Virus record (IMG/VR): IMGVR_UViG_3300020366_000001
Span: 64,001 to 128,000 of that record
Source: a virus
Taxonomy: Duplodnaviria > Caudoviricetes
Length of the DNA: 64,000 nucleotides
Reading direction: 5' to 3' (one strand)
Shown here: in pieces, positions 9,501-19,049 of the stretch
Layout: each line of letters opens with the position of its first letter
Numbering within the stretch: position 1 is the first letter of the stretch
The notes under the pieces: generated by a model
Told to the model about the DNA's origin: nothing
The model's database searches: none
What the model saw: the letters and a program-made list of their open reading frames with translations, nothing else
Translations under genes and position numbers: made by a program

Positions 9501-11882
9501 CACACGCTCCACATACACAGTTGCAGGGAGAGTCAACGTGGCGATATTGCTCTCGTTAGAATAGTAACGAGGATCAGCACCAGAGACCTTAGTAATGGTA
9601 ACGGAGTCGTTAGTAACGGCACCGTGAGATTCTGCGTAGAAAGTATCGTCATCATTAGAACGATCCTGAACCAGCATTAAGAATGCGTTACCATAGTAGT
9701 CTTGGTTGTAGTTCCAAACCCAGGAACCGTGACCACGATAGTATGCCCACCACCAGTCGTAACCATATCTGAAGTGGAAACCAGCGTCATTACTCATAGA
9801 GTAGTTGTAACGCCATCTGTTAGACCAGTAAGTACTTCTGTCGTACAGAGGATTCCAGCGACCATTGGTAAGAGCCGTCTCAGACTCAGGCAGATAGTCA
9901 CCATAGTTCCAACCAGGAGACCAACCCCAAACGGAGTTACCACCGTTATACCAGTTGTTGTTGAAACGACCGTCGTAATTGGAGTTATTCAGTTCGCCAG
10001 AACCATTGTACTGACGACGGTTCATCGTCAGGTAGTAACAGCGGTTCCACTGAGAGTTGGAAATACCACGGTTGCTGCTGACATCCCAGAAGTCGCGACC
10101 AGAGTTGTTGGCACCATAGTTCCACGCCATCCAACGATAACGCCAATACCAGTCCCACCAGGGTTTTTCATCGGTAAGGTATCTGTGAACCAGAGCGAAG
10201 TTATGCTTACCGTAAGTATACGTTGCAGCATTTCCTTGCAAGGAACTACCATCATTCTCCAGATTGATGATACCGTTCTGACCAGGGTTACCACCGTTGG
10301 TAGCAGCGAAGTAAGCGTTAGACAGTTTAATAACTGCAGTACCACCATCAGCGGATGAAGTAGATTCAACTCTGGTGTAGTACACACCGTTACGCTGGAG
10401 GTTTTCAATACAATAATCTCCAGGGTTCGGATAGTACAGCATACAGTATCTGTTACGAATACTGTTTGCGTTCGTACCCGTCAGGGTGATAGTGCTGTTG
10501 GTATAGTCAATGTTGGAATCATCGACAGTCCACAGTGCAGTCGGTTTGTGATCATATGGTTGGAACTCAGCCATATTCGGGTTGATAGTACCCGAGAAGG
10601 TGTTCTCATAGTCGATCACAGGACGACCATCAGGTGCCTGAGCAGTACCATTGTTAATGCTCAGAATCTTCGGAGAAATCGTATTCACGAAGTACAGAGA
10701 AGTACCGTTCTTGAATCCGTTCTCGTAAGAGGTAGACAGAACCACTTTAGTAGTGGTTGCAGGAGTGAAGTTGATCTCAAAACCAACTCCAGTGTTGCTA
10801 GGTGTAGCATCATATGCATACAACGTAGCAGGGGTGTTATCGGTAACGTAAATACGAACATAAGAGCCCGCAGTACCTTCAGTACCGTTAACATACACAC
10901 CATCAGTGTAAGCAACACCACCACCGTGGATACCATCGGCAGTAGTAGAAACACGGAATGGGTGACCGATGAGAGTAGAGCTACTCACATCGAAAATATA
11001 CATACCGTTCTTGTTCAGAACGAATGGGTCTCCACCAGGAATGTTGCCGTCAATAGAGAAGTAATCTTGTCCACCTGCATTCTCAACAGTGACGGTATAT
11101 TCAAACGTATCAGCAACGATGCCCTTATCTGTTTCCAGGGTAATGGCAGAACCCTCATAAAACAGACCAGGAATGATAGAGGTGTAAGAACCAGCAACGT
11201 TAGCAGTAATAGACTGCGTTGCACGAGACTTATACGTAAAAGTGGTCGGAGTAGGTACCGACTGAATAAGATAGGTACCCTCAGCGGTGGTTGATGCCAG
11301 ACCAGTAACCACAATAGGAATACCAGCAGTCAGAGAGTGCTCGTATAAGGTGGTAACTGTAACCTGCGAGGAGGTAGCAGTAGTAGCGACACTTTCGATA
11401 TAAGGAATCGTGGTGTCAGAAGTAGACGAATAAGTAGAAGGAATGTTGTTAACTAACTGCAGCGTCTCCCACTTAGTTGCCTGCGGACCATATTCAAAGT
11501 CCGTGTCAATCATAGTTTCGGGGTTTGACACCCTCAACTTAGACACTGGATCGACGAATGTTTCCGACGGTTCAAATTCTGCAGCGTGACTTTCGATGAA
11601 GATCTGAAGTTGATCAGTCGATGCCATCGTGCTAGTATCAGTAGCAAATTTGATGACCGTCTGTTCAAACTCCGAATTGAAGTCACAACCAGTTGTATCT
11701 GCAGTTGCTTGGAATCCCTTAGTAGGGTCCGAGAAGTTATACAGAATCTGGTTTTTTGTTACGTTGGTGATGAGCAGAACTCTCTCACCAGTAACGTTGT
11801 CGTTGATAGTTACCGTGCCTCCCGTCAACGATACGGGATCATATGGCACAAATGTATAATCTGTGACTAGTTTCTTTGCCAT
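6504..11882 (-). CDS. Large virion structural/fibre-associated protein (1792 aa)
   Basis: MAKK...LLITNVT N-terminus; KLRVSNPETMIDTDFEYGPQATKWE, RQTRRYFRYQSGKG and DYSWYGAGKIRFG blocks typical of cyanomyovirus structural proteins; late promoter upstream (11903-11909). Confidence 0.8.
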   Translation of the reverse strand: MAKKLVTDYTFVPYDPVSLTGGTVTINDNVTGERVLLITNVTKNQILYNFSDPTKGFQATADTTGCDFNSEFEQTVIKFATDTSTMASTDQLQIFIESHAAEFEPSETFVDPVSKLRVSNPETMIDTDFEYGPQATKWETLQLVNNIPSTYSSTSDTTIPYIESVATTATSSQVTVTTLYEHSLTAGIPIVVTGLASTTAEGTYLIQSVPTPTTFTYKSRATQSITANVAGSYTSIIPGLFYEGSAITLETDKGIVADTFEYTVTVENAGGQDYFSIDGNIPGGDPFVLNKNGMYIFDVSSSTLIGHPFRVSTTADGIHGGGVAYTDGVYVNGTEGTAGSYVRIYVTDNTPATLYAYDATPSNTGVGFEINFTPATTTKVVLSTSYENGFKNGTSLYFVNTISPKILSINNGTAQAPDGRPVIDYENTFSGTINPNMAEFQPYDHKPTALWTVDDSNIDYTNSTITLTGTNANSIRNRYCMLYYPNPGDYCIENLQRNGVYYTRVESTSSADGGTAVIKLSNAYFAATNGGNPGQNGIINLENDGSSLQGNAATYTYGKHNFALVHRYLTDEKPWWDWYWRYRWMAWNYGANNSGRDFWDVSSNRGISNSQWNRCYYLTMNRRQYNGSGELNNSNYDGRFNNNWYNGGNSVWGWSPGWNYGDYLPESETALTNGRWNPLYDRSTYWSNRWRYNYSMSNDAGFHFRYGYDWWWAYYRGHGSWVWNYNQDYYGNAFLMLVQDRSNDDDTFYAESHGAVTNDSVTITKVSGADPRYYSNESNIATLTLPATVYVERVDDNRFRIKSSTGSSPYRLIDARGVYGMTGTFANPLRNSFYYENHNLSDGERLFYTTAGTAIGNLTPNSQYYVKVVSNDRFALGNSASFSYPGSAIDVTSAGSGNQVFENQTAAFGATDGAYNVNEVKSDTQLVVEVPFQIVPTTKTFDARDTGSGGNVDTTNHTLNIQDHFMKTGQRLIYQDAGGTTIGGLTDNRDYFVIVVDQDHIQLAETAALAVAGTFVNFTTGGSQTPLQKLIHTNMDGQVVGGGTIATQSGSRIVTGTDTTFTRFFKVNDTFRYIDNNSATTFTVVETTISAIKDDTELLLADPATFTTGAVNSAGNTEYFIDTAIYVRPDGFFLHRPFDGGMEIGTSKSPDGQIVRQTRRYFRYQSGKGIQCSLAINFCPKQPAVRAYYSPYVDGTTYHRVIVETKLPHNLEVGTNLRFVDATDDSYNGGCSVATVVNEFTFTFLLDNAPTASAAGGFLGYHVLNWVNSNVRCGMYDFQNGMYFEYDGSVLNCVRRSSTTQLTGRVSVTRNNNVVTGDDTAFLSQLSDGDFIVIRGQSHKVIRVVNDNQLVIQPQYKGITASNIILTKTINTKAPQGSWNHDNCDGSGPSGFILDITKIQMAYMDYSWYGAGKIRFGFKDQNGHVKYVHEFKHNNRLTEAYFRSGNLPARYEIENTGIPTFIPSLFHWGTSVITDGRFDSDKAYLFTASGNLLKFTNEVAQSAQTNQNSTVLSQWQIGEGWSRNMRFYIRTYFPTSEASKLTQGTTVYQATVGNGWWVDGRSIYRSRVSSGRLEVDFQYIDANGNTTFQYNRGYNIIYGDVGNPSVPSSTTFAVGAVAGTDNTVPSQIPLVSIRLSPSVDSSLSGSLGEREIINRMQLQLNSLDVVNTHECEVKLILNPSLSSDTYLDVAPPSLSQLIKHTVDDTYAGGLEIFSFRAAGGSIDNTGKRGTGSTSYDISSIIEMGNSILGGDGIFPNGPDLLTVVAEPVDLTGVNNSSPFTVTGRISWSESQA

Positions 11883-11916
11883 TTTTGGACCCTAGGTTCT
11901 TGTATTTAGAGGTAAT

Positions 11917-12144
11917 TCAACCACCAAGTGCGATGGACAACGCAGCGATCTGTGATGTGATACCCACACCACCGATTTTAAAAGTCTTGTTCGTGCCCGT
12001 TAGGTTCACGTCGCCACCGATGTCCAGGTCCCCAGTGATGTTCCCCGTCGCAATGTTGCGCAGGTTTCTTGACCCGTCAACGATTTCTGTGCCAGCGACC
12101 GCTAAACCGTTCTTGGCATTAAAATTGATGTTTGACGTTGCCAT
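11917..12144 (-). CDS. Small fibre/adaptor protein
   Basis: 75 aa; NFNAKNGL N-terminus and AALSIALGG C-terminus; own late promoter. Confidence 0.75.
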   Translation of the reverse strand: MATSNINFNAKNGLAVAGTEIVDGSRNLRNIATGNITGDLDIGGDVNLTGTNKTFKIGGVGITSQIAALSIALGG

Positions 12145-12192
12145 CGTGGTTCCCTTTCCCCCCGATAGTATCGGATATAGGTTTTCAAATTC

Positions 12193-12200
12193 TATTTATA
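12193..12200 (-). promoter_or_regulatory. T4-type late promoter TATAAATA
   Basis: Exact consensus 49 bp upstream of the 12144 start. Confidence 0.8.
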
Positions 12201-12203
12201 CAA

Positions 12204-13370
12204 TCACACATTCATTGAGAATCGTGTAAATTGAATGAAAGTACCTACAGTAGACGTTGCTTTCACCAGAACATTACTGCCACTCATCTCTACATCGAAA
12301 GTAGCAACTGCATTACCAGGATTGGTGTGAACGTCAGCAAACATAGTGACGAAAGCATCAGTACCATTATGAGTCACAATGATCTCACTGGTGGAAACAT
12401 TGCCGCCATATGAAGCGTGCACCAGATATTTTGCTCCTCTTACGCTAGCACCTGCCAAGGTATCAAACGTCTCCGTGGCGCTAGTCGTAGTAACAGTTCC
12501 TGCAGAAATACCAGTGTAATCGGTGATGTTAATATGATCACTGTTATTATTAGTCTCGATTAAAACTCGATCACTAGTTTTAATTTGACCTGTAACGGTA
12601 ACAGCATTGGTAGCAATTACATCTTGCATCAAATGAATTGAAGAAGCTCTAAGTTCTAAAGATGCAGATGCTTGACCACCTCTATGCAAAGAAAGATTAG
12701 TGTTAGAAGTGCTGATCTCTGTATATGCAGCGTCTTCTTTAATGGTCAGCGCATTGTTGAGAAGACATTCGTCATTTGCTAACTGAATAGAACCCAGGAG
12801 ATCTAAAGCAGTAGATCTCAGAACTAAGTTATCGTTAGAACCAGTAATTAAAGATCTATTACTGGATGTGCCAAACACGACACTATTGGTGGGACTGATC
12901 TCAAGATCACCACCAGAAAGACTTAAAAGATTAAATGGAGATGCAGTACCAATACCAACACGGTGATTGATTTCATCTACCACAAGAGTAGAACTATCAA
13001 TAGCGATAGCACCATTAACCAGAAGACCACCCATTGTAAAGGTGCCACCCTGATTAAGTTTTACCGAATTGATGGTACCGTCAGAAGGTTCACCAACATC
13101 GATAGTGTCACCGATCACCAGTCCAAAGAAGTCAATACCTGGGTTCGGTGGATCAGAGAATGTAATCTGATCATTATTGATTTGATAAGCAACGTTCGCT
13201 TCCTGCAGAACACCACCGAGGGAGATAAGAAGTTGCAGTGGCGAACCAGGATAGATTACCTGCCCACCAACACGCAAATTGAAGATGTTCTGCACACCGT
13301 TAAACTGTGCAGCAACGTCATCCAACTTGCGGATATTACCAATTTTGGGAGTAACGCCTAGATACGCCAT
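12204..13370 (-). CDS. Tail fibre-associated structural protein
   Basis: MAYLG...LDDVAAQFNG...LLISLGGVLQ domain; RVGIGT fibre motif; C-terminal AKYLV...THNGT domain. Confidence 0.75.
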   Translation of the reverse strand: MAYLGVTPKIGNIRKLDDVAAQFNGVQNIFNLRVGGQVIYPGSPLQLLISLGGVLQEANVAYQINNDQITFSDPPNPGIDFFGLVIGDTIDVGEPSDGTINSVKLNQGGTFTMGGLLVNGAIAIDSSTLVVDEINHRVGIGTASPFNLLSLSGGDLEISPTNSVVFGTSSNRSLITGSNDNLVLRSTALDLLGSIQLANDECLLNNALTIKEDAAYTEISTSNTNLSLHRGGQASASLELRASSIHLMQDVIATNAVTVTGQIKTSDRVLIETNNNSDHINITDYTGISAGTVTTTSATETFDTLAGASVRGAKYLVHASYGGNVSTSEIIVTHNGTDAFVTMFADVHTNPGNAVATFDVEMSGSNVLVKATSTVGTFIQFTRFSMNV

Positions 13371-13387
13371 TTCTTTTTAATTATTTA

Positions 13388-14368
13388 TTAGGTGATAATA
13401 AACTTACCGTCAGTGCCCACGGTATTTTGAGCACCACCAACACCAGCAGGACCCCTACTAGCATCGGCATTATTACCAGGAGTTTCATTATTTCCTGCTA
13501 ATGTAGACCCAGCGATAATTCTGGTCTGGTCGATGAAGCTTGCGCCACCACCACCACCGTGACCATTTGTATCACCTGAACCACCGCCACCACCTCCGTA
13601 GTAGCCACCACCGCCGCCACCACCAGGATAGATTAGCAGTGAACCTGCTCTACCACCTGTCAATGAACCGCCGTCTAATGCATCAGTAAAACCAGCGAAA
13701 CCTCCCTCAGTTTGGGAACCTCCGCCACCACCTCTTTGATCGAAGAGTTGACCAATTTGTCCATTAAGACCGCCACCAGCACCGCCACGTTGGTCAGCAC
13801 CAGCACCCCCGCCACCAGCTGCAATCAAAAGAGCATTTGATTGAACAGCAGAATTTCTGAAGATACCAGTGTATCCTCCACCACAACCTCCCCAACGTAG
13901 TCCACTATAACCACCTAAAGCACCACCACAGTGACCGCCTTGGGTGACCGAACCTGATGAACGGGGAGCACCACCGCCACCAACACAAATGTAATATTGT
14001 TGCGATGACTCTAGAGTTAGACCACCTGCAGTATATCCAGCACCACCACCAATAGAACCAACTTCCGCTCCTCCTGCACCACCTGCACCCCACATAGTAA
14101 ACTGAACAACAAAAACAGCATCCGCAGAAACAACAGTTTCTAAAAGATACTCACCTTGCTGTAGGGTTAAAGAACCCTGAGTGTCTAAATTGTGGTTGAT
14201 TACAGGATCACCATTTTGAGGGGTGACTCTGATTGTACGTGCTGGTTCAAAGGGGGTTTTACGAATTTTGGAGGTGTCGTAAAATGGACGCAGATGTCCT
14301 TCATCGGTCATATTGTCTAACCGACTTTCGTAATTTTCAGTCTTAAGACTACCGACCCGAAAAGGCAT
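13388..14368 (-). CDS. Glycine-rich domain protein (ALK/LTK-like Gly-rich family), probable fibre component
   Basis: MWGAGGAGG, ICVGGGG, LLIAAGGGGAG and GGGGGYYGGGGG motifs. Confidence 0.75.
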   Translation of the reverse strand: MPFRVGSLKTENYESRLDNMTDEGHLRPFYDTSKIRKTPFEPARTIRVTPQNGDPVINHNLDTQGSLTLQQGEYLLETVVSADAVFVVQFTMWGAGGAGGAEVGSIGGGAGYTAGGLTLESSQQYYICVGGGGAPRSSGSVTQGGHCGGALGGYSGLRWGGCGGGYTGIFRNSAVQSNALLIAAGGGGAGADQRGGAGGGLNGQIGQLFDQRGGGGGSQTEGGFAGFTDALDGGSLTGGRAGSLLIYPGGGGGGGYYGGGGGGSGDTNGHGGGGGASFIDQTRIIAGSTLAGNNETPGNNADASRGPAGVGGAQNTVGTDGKFIIT

Positions 14369-14745
14369 TATGACTCCTTGTCGCCAATTAGAATGATTGT
14401 GACTTTATTGGCAGTATCTGCCAACCCATAGATAGCATCGTTCTCGTCTTCCAGAACGATAGGGTAATTTAGTTCTACGTAGAACGTTTCACCAGAACTC
14501 AGTTCCTGACGAACAAACTGCTGAGGTTTAGTCGCAGCATCGATAGTATCGAGTGCTCCAACATTATCTTCAGCAAGATATAAGTTGACAGTCTCTGTAG
14601 TAGTGTTTCCGTTGAAAACTACAAAACCTTTAAAATAGGTTTTAGTTTGCGCAGGGTTCACATATAATGTACCAGCAGTACCAGCAGGAACGAACATAAT
14701 GTTCTTTCCACCCTGACCTGCAAGTTTTCCTCTTGAAAGTGCCAT
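14368..14745 (-). CDS. Small structural protein
   Basis: 125-aa beta-rich ORF, TAATG-coupled to the next gene; late-type CTAAATA at 14764-14770. Confidence 0.7.
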   Translation of the reverse strand: MALSRGKLAGQGGKNIMFVPAGTAGTLYVNPAQTKTYFKGFVVFNGNTTTETVNLYLAEDNVGALDTIDAATKPQQFVRQELSSGETFYVELNYPIVLEDENDAIYGLADTANKVTIILIGDKES

Positions 14746-14766
14746 TGAATTAGACCTCCGTGGTAT

Positions 14767-16140
14767 TTAGCTAAACAACCAGATGTCCCGCATTTCATTG
14801 CGGTCACTGAATTCCATATTTACGGTTCCATCGATATTGCTGCTAGCAACCACAAGGTTGTAACCAATATCAGCAACTTGGGTAGCAGGGAAAATAACGT
14901 TACCAAGACGAATCCTATGAGGTACAGTACCGTTAGGATTGACTTGAATATTAACCCCGTTAATAGATGCATTATTTAGAGTGGGGGTTTCTAATGTTCC
15001 ACTAGAAGCATCTGCTTTTAAGGAGATGCTGTTATTGATGGTAGTTGCAAAGTTAGGGTCATCCCCCAACGCTGTACTTAATTCTTGTAATGTATCAAGT
15101 GCAGCTGGTGCCGACCCAATGAGATCAGCAACCTCTTGACGAACAAAAGCTGTAGTAGCAATTGTAGTGTTGTTGGTGTTTAGGGACTGAGTAACACCAG
15201 TGGAATTACTTGCAATATTAACAGTAGTTCTATTAGATAGACTACCAATAGAATTTTCAGTGGTAATATATCCCTGAGTTGCCACCAGGATATCAGTAGT
15301 AGTCCCACCTGGGTCGTCAGCAAAAATGTGGAAGTCATTGCCATTCTGAATTAACCTTGTTTTGCCACCAGTGTCTGATGACTCAAGGGTAATAGTTGGC
15401 AGAGTTTGTGCTTTTACTCTAAGACAATTGCTAGTGCTAGAAGCACCGTCGATGTCAATCTTAAAACTAGGAGAGAAATTACCGACGCCAATAGCACCGT
15501 AACAATCAATGTCTCTGACATTTATATCGTCTGTTTGTAGTAATTCGACAGCACCAGATCTTCCATAGAAAGAACTAACAGCGCTGGTGGGTCCAACTAA
15601 TGACGAAGAGAATCCGATATGAGTAACTTCGATATTAGATCCGATGTTAGGAGCTTCATCAAATCTAATAATTAAATTCTGACTAATGAGAGTGTATGAT
15701 GCTTTATGCTGCACCAGACCATCAATAGTAACAAGAATTGCGTGAATATTTGGTGGTGCCTTGGACATCGTAAAGTCCGTTGTCACACCATCTGCAGTAA
15801 AAGTCTCAGAGAAAATCTCTGAGCGATCCATATTATTTACAACAGAATTGTTTACTTGACCGAAGAAAACATCACCTGTAGAAGGTGCTTCGGAGAAGTA
15901 AATACGGTCACCTTGAATCCAGAAAGATCCTGGTCCAGAAACCGAGCTAGCAGTATTGGGTTGCTGATAAACGCCATTCAAACTGACGTTTAACTGCATC
16001 GAACTATTGACAGTTACAACGTCATTGTTCGTTGTGCGCAGTGCAAAGTTTGTAGCAACTCCATTAAACTGACTAGAGATATCTTGGAGCTCTTGGACTT
16101 TGAATACGTACGCCTCTGGATTTAGTCCAAGGTATGCCAT
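14767..16140 (-). CDS. Tail fibre-associated structural protein
   Basis: Likely start is MAYLG at 16140 (TAATG overlap). LQDISSQFNG domain, IATTAFV and APAALDTLQELSTALGDDPNFATT fibre motifs. Confidence 0.8.
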   Translation of the reverse strand: MAYLGLNPEAYVFKVQELQDISSQFNGVATNFALRTTNNDVVTVNSSMQLNVSLNGVYQQPNTASSVSGPGSFWIQGDRIYFSEAPSTGDVFFGQVNNSVVNNMDRSEIFSETFTADGVTTDFTMSKAPPNIHAILVTIDGLVQHKASYTLISQNLIIRFDEAPNIGSNIEVTHIGFSSSLVGPTSAVSSFYGRSGAVELLQTDDINVRDIDCYGAIGVGNFSPSFKIDIDGASSTSNCLRVKAQTLPTITLESSDTGGKTRLIQNGNDFHIFADDPGGTTTDILVATQGYITTENSIGSLSNRTTVNIASNSTGVTQSLNTNNTTIATTAFVRQEVADLIGSAPAALDTLQELSTALGDDPNFATTINNSISLKADASSGTLETPTLNNASINGVNIQVNPNGTVPHRIRLGNVIFPATQVADIGYNLVVASSNIDGTVNMEFSDRNEMRDIWLFS

Positions 16141-16784
16141 TAGATTGAAACCTCCATAATGCTCAAGATACAATCCAGAGCAGATGTTGTGTCACACTTA
16201 ACTAGGATTTCATCTCCTAAACCAACATCAACTTTTGTAAGTGAGTCTCCACTAGTGTGAGTCGTGGATGTAGAGTTTGCTTGCCCTCTGTCTACGTTCA
16301 GGGTAGTATTGTTTGCACCTGTAACAGAAGTGATTTTCAGAATTTCATTATTGATTCTGATAAAATCATTTTGCACAAACTTAGGACCAGTATTATCAGT
16401 AATAGTGATACTAACAATACTAGCAGAAGTAATATTTGCTGCTAATGTATCCGTTACCGATGGAGTAGATGGACGGTATGCATCTTCATTATATTCTAAG
16501 ATAATCTTTTGTCCCTGCATAACTTCAAATGCAGATCCAGCTGGAATCGGGACATTCTTGACGATCATCACATCGTCTTTAGGATACTGAGGATCAACCG
16601 AAAAAGCAGGATACCTATTGACTGACACTTCAGCAATGACAGCAGTTTGTGTCGTATTTGCTAAGTTGCAACCAATAATAACAGTTTGCTTTTCGGTCTC
16701 GGTACCGCGAAGTTCTACCGTATAGATAGCTTCTGCGGAAGTTCCTACACCGTTTTTAGAAGTTGAGATAAATTTGTTTGCCAT
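16140..16784 (-). CDS. Structural protein (MANxF family)
   Basis: MANKF...VIIGCNLAN...IVKNVPIPAGSAF with an inserted IRINNEIL..VDRG module. Confidence 0.7.
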   Translation of the reverse strand: MANKFISTSKNGVGTSAEAIYTVELRGTETEKQTVIIGCNLANTTQTAVIAEVSVNRYPAFSVDPQYPKDDVMIVKNVPIPAGSAFEVMQGQKIILEYNEDAYRPSTPSVTDTLAANITSASIVSITITDNTGPKFVQNDFIRINNEILKITSVTGANNTTLNVDRGQANSTSTTHTSGDSLTKVDVGLGDEILVKCDTTSALDCILSIMEVSI

Positions 16785-16790
16785 TTTTTA

Positions 16791-17444
16791 TTAACCCAGT
16801 GCGATAGCGAGTGCGGTAGCATCAAGACCTGCTTCCACAGACACACCAACCTGTGCAGCAAGGGTGTTCACCTCAGCTTGCAATTCGTTAATAGCATTAA
16901 CAAGGTTTGCTTTGTTCTGTGTAGTGAGGTTCAAAAGGTTACCGATGGTAACATCACGAATCTCATTAATAGCAGCAACGATACTAGACTTGGAAGTTGT
17001 AGTAAGTTGAGAAAGAACACCAATAATGATGTCTTTAGTCTCATTCAAAGCGGCAACTAAACTTGTGTGATCTGCAATATTTGCAGACAAGTTGCCAAGG
17101 TTGCCAACATCGCTATCTAATTCATTGATAGCATTAACGATACTGGTACTATCGGCAGTAGTTAATTGATCCAGATCTTTAATAATGGTATCGACAATAT
17201 AGTTGATTGCCTCAACTACGTTATCTTTATCATTAGCGGGAATTTCGCTAGTGATACTAGCAATAGGACCCAATTCAGTATCTAATTCCAGCAGGCAATC
17301 AGTAATCGTTTGGGCAACTAAATTATTTGCAATGTTTTGTGCAACAATTTTCCCACTAAAGTCACCAGCATCCGCACCGATCTCATTGATCTCGACACGT
17401 TGCTGCTCAAATGTAAATTGCTTAGTTACGTTCCTGGTTGCCAT
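16791..17444 (-). CDS. Repeat-containing fibrous (coiled-coil) protein
   Basis: About 5-6 repeats of IGxLxxLTTxxKxxLVxAINE; FTFEQQRVEIN N-terminus; ALAIALG C-terminus; TATAAATA at 17473-17480. Confidence 0.75.
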   Translation of the reverse strand: MATRNVTKQFTFEQQRVEINEIGADAGDFSGKIVAQNIANNLVAQTITDCLLELDTELGPIASITSEIPANDKDNVVEAINYIVDTIIKDLDQLTTADSTSIVNAINELDSDVGNLGNLSANIADHTSLVAALNETKDIIIGVLSQLTTTSKSSIVAAINEIRDVTIGNLLNLTTQNKANLVNAINELQAEVNTLAAQVGVSVEAGLDATALAIALG

Positions 17445-17480
17445 TCCATTTACGGCGTTGTTTGCTAGAACTTATTTATA

Positions 17481-19022
17481 TCAGGAGGTGATGAGGGATC
17501 TGTAGTACTTGACAGTATTTACAGCGTATGTAGGAGTAAAGACAACCTCAATGTTGGCACCATTATACTGAGCAGTAATAGTACCCAGAGCACCCTGAGC
17601 AATACCACCAGAAGTCATAGTGGCATACTCTTCAATGAAGATGTCAGTGCCATCGTGCATAATCAGAACTTCTTTAGTCTGAACATACACACCAGACACA
17701 ACCTGAACAACATATTTTCCGCTATAGTATGAAGCGGAATCGAAACTATCAATGACCGCTGCTTGAATTTGTGCAGTGGTCACAGTTCCTGCATCTTGAC
17801 CGTGGATATTTTTAATAGTAATCAATGAATCGGATTGATCGTTGTAACGAATTTTCTCGTCACCACCTAAACAAAGACCCATCTGATCAGATGCAGGAAG
17901 ATAGAAACCATTGTCCTGATCTGCGAAGAATGAAATACCAGGGATGGATTCTGTACCGTTACCTGCACCAGTAAAACCAGACAGGTTAGTCAGTCCGTTA
18001 CCATCACCAATAAATGCAGTTGCTCCAACTGTGCCATTAACTTGCAAAATCTGAGCAAGAGCGTTGTTTGGATCTTGCCCAATACCGATTTTATTGTTAG
18101 TAGCATCCAGTTTGAACAGAGCAACATTAGAACCAACTGGTTCCATTGTCACTACAGCACCGTCAAAAGTTACTGAAGAATTAGCCCCAGAAACGCTGAT
18201 GGTGTTTGCCTCAAGGTCTGCCAGCAGAACACCAGTATCATAAGTAAGGTCGCCACTAGTAGAACCAGTGAAAGTACCTGTTCCCAGTGCAAACTTGTCT
18301 TCGGATTCGTCATAACCAATAAACGCATTATCGCTAGTACCACGTTCGATAACAATACCAGCATCACCTGCGGGAGTACCAACAACACCGTTACCAAGTT
18401 CAATCAGTTTATCACCGACAACAGTGTTGGTGGTAGAAACGGTAGTGGTAGAACCAAGAACAGATAATGCACCGTTGATGATAACGTTATTGGCAACCTC
18501 AAGATCTTCGGTAGGTGCACCAACACCAATACCAACTTTACCTTGACCAGTGATAACAATAGCATCTACTAGACTATTAGCAGACGATCCAGATGTACCG
18601 CTAGCAGGAGCAGTTTTTAATTTAATCTGACCACCAGTTGCAGCACCAGTACCAGCACCACCAGCAATGATCAAATCAGAACCAGAAACATCAGTTCCTG
18701 ATGCATCAGCACGGGAGACTTTACCAGTAACGTTGAGAGAAGTAGCAACACTAACAGCATAGAAATTGAATGTTGCTGAAGTGTCAATTTTTGTAGGAGT
18801 AATAGCTCCTGTGCGAATAACTGCCGCACTAATTGCTTCTAGTCCGCCAGTCGTAGATAGTTTTTCGGTTGTGATGGAGTTGTCTGCTAACTTTAGGGTG
18901 GTAACAGCGCCATTCCTGATAGTTGCTGTAGTTACCGCCTGGGTGCCTACACCGCTATCGAGTTTGGCGTCACTGACCAGCCCATCATTTAAACCAGTTC
19001 TCCTGACTCGTGTAAGCGCCAT
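17481..19022 (-). CDS. Tail fibre/baseplate connector-like protein
   Basis: AVTTxKL repeats, GKVGIG and DKLIELG fibre motifs, C-terminal GKYVVQ...MHDGT domain; TATAAATA at 19047-19054. Confidence 0.75.
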   Translation of the reverse strand: MALTRVRRTGLNDGLVSDAKLDSGVGTQAVTTATIRNGAVTTLKLADNSITTEKLSTTGGLEAISAAVIRTGAITPTKIDTSATFNFYAVSVATSLNVTGKVSRADASGTDVSGSDLIIAGGAGTGAATGGQIKLKTAPASGTSGSSANSLVDAIVITGQGKVGIGVGAPTEDLEVANNVIINGALSVLGSTTTVSTTNTVVGDKLIELGNGVVGTPAGDAGIVIERGTSDNAFIGYDESEDKFALGTGTFTGSTSGDLTYDTGVLLADLEANTISVSGANSSVTFDGAVVTMEPVGSNVALFKLDATNNKIGIGQDPNNALAQILQVNGTVGATAFIGDGNGLTNLSGFTGAGNGTESIPGISFFADQDNGFYLPASDQMGLCLGGDEKIRYNDQSDSLITIKNIHGQDAGTVTTAQIQAAVIDSFDSASYYSGKYVVQVVSGVYVQTKEVLIMHDGTDIFIEEYATMTSGGIAQGALGTITAQYNGANIEVVFTPTYAVNTVKYYRSLITS

Positions 19023-19049
19023 TGTTTAAACAGTTTCCTATGTGAGTAT

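Noticed and set aside
9685-10163. Aromatic-rich segment as a DGR variable region
   Set aside because: No template repeat or reverse transcriptase seen in the window, and the segment is internal rather than C-terminal
7371-11294. Long plus-strand ORFs (331, 306, 218, 248 aa) antisense to the 1792-aa gene
   Set aside because: All lie in the mirror frame of a strongly codon-biased gene; there are no recognisable motifs, so they are shadow ORFs
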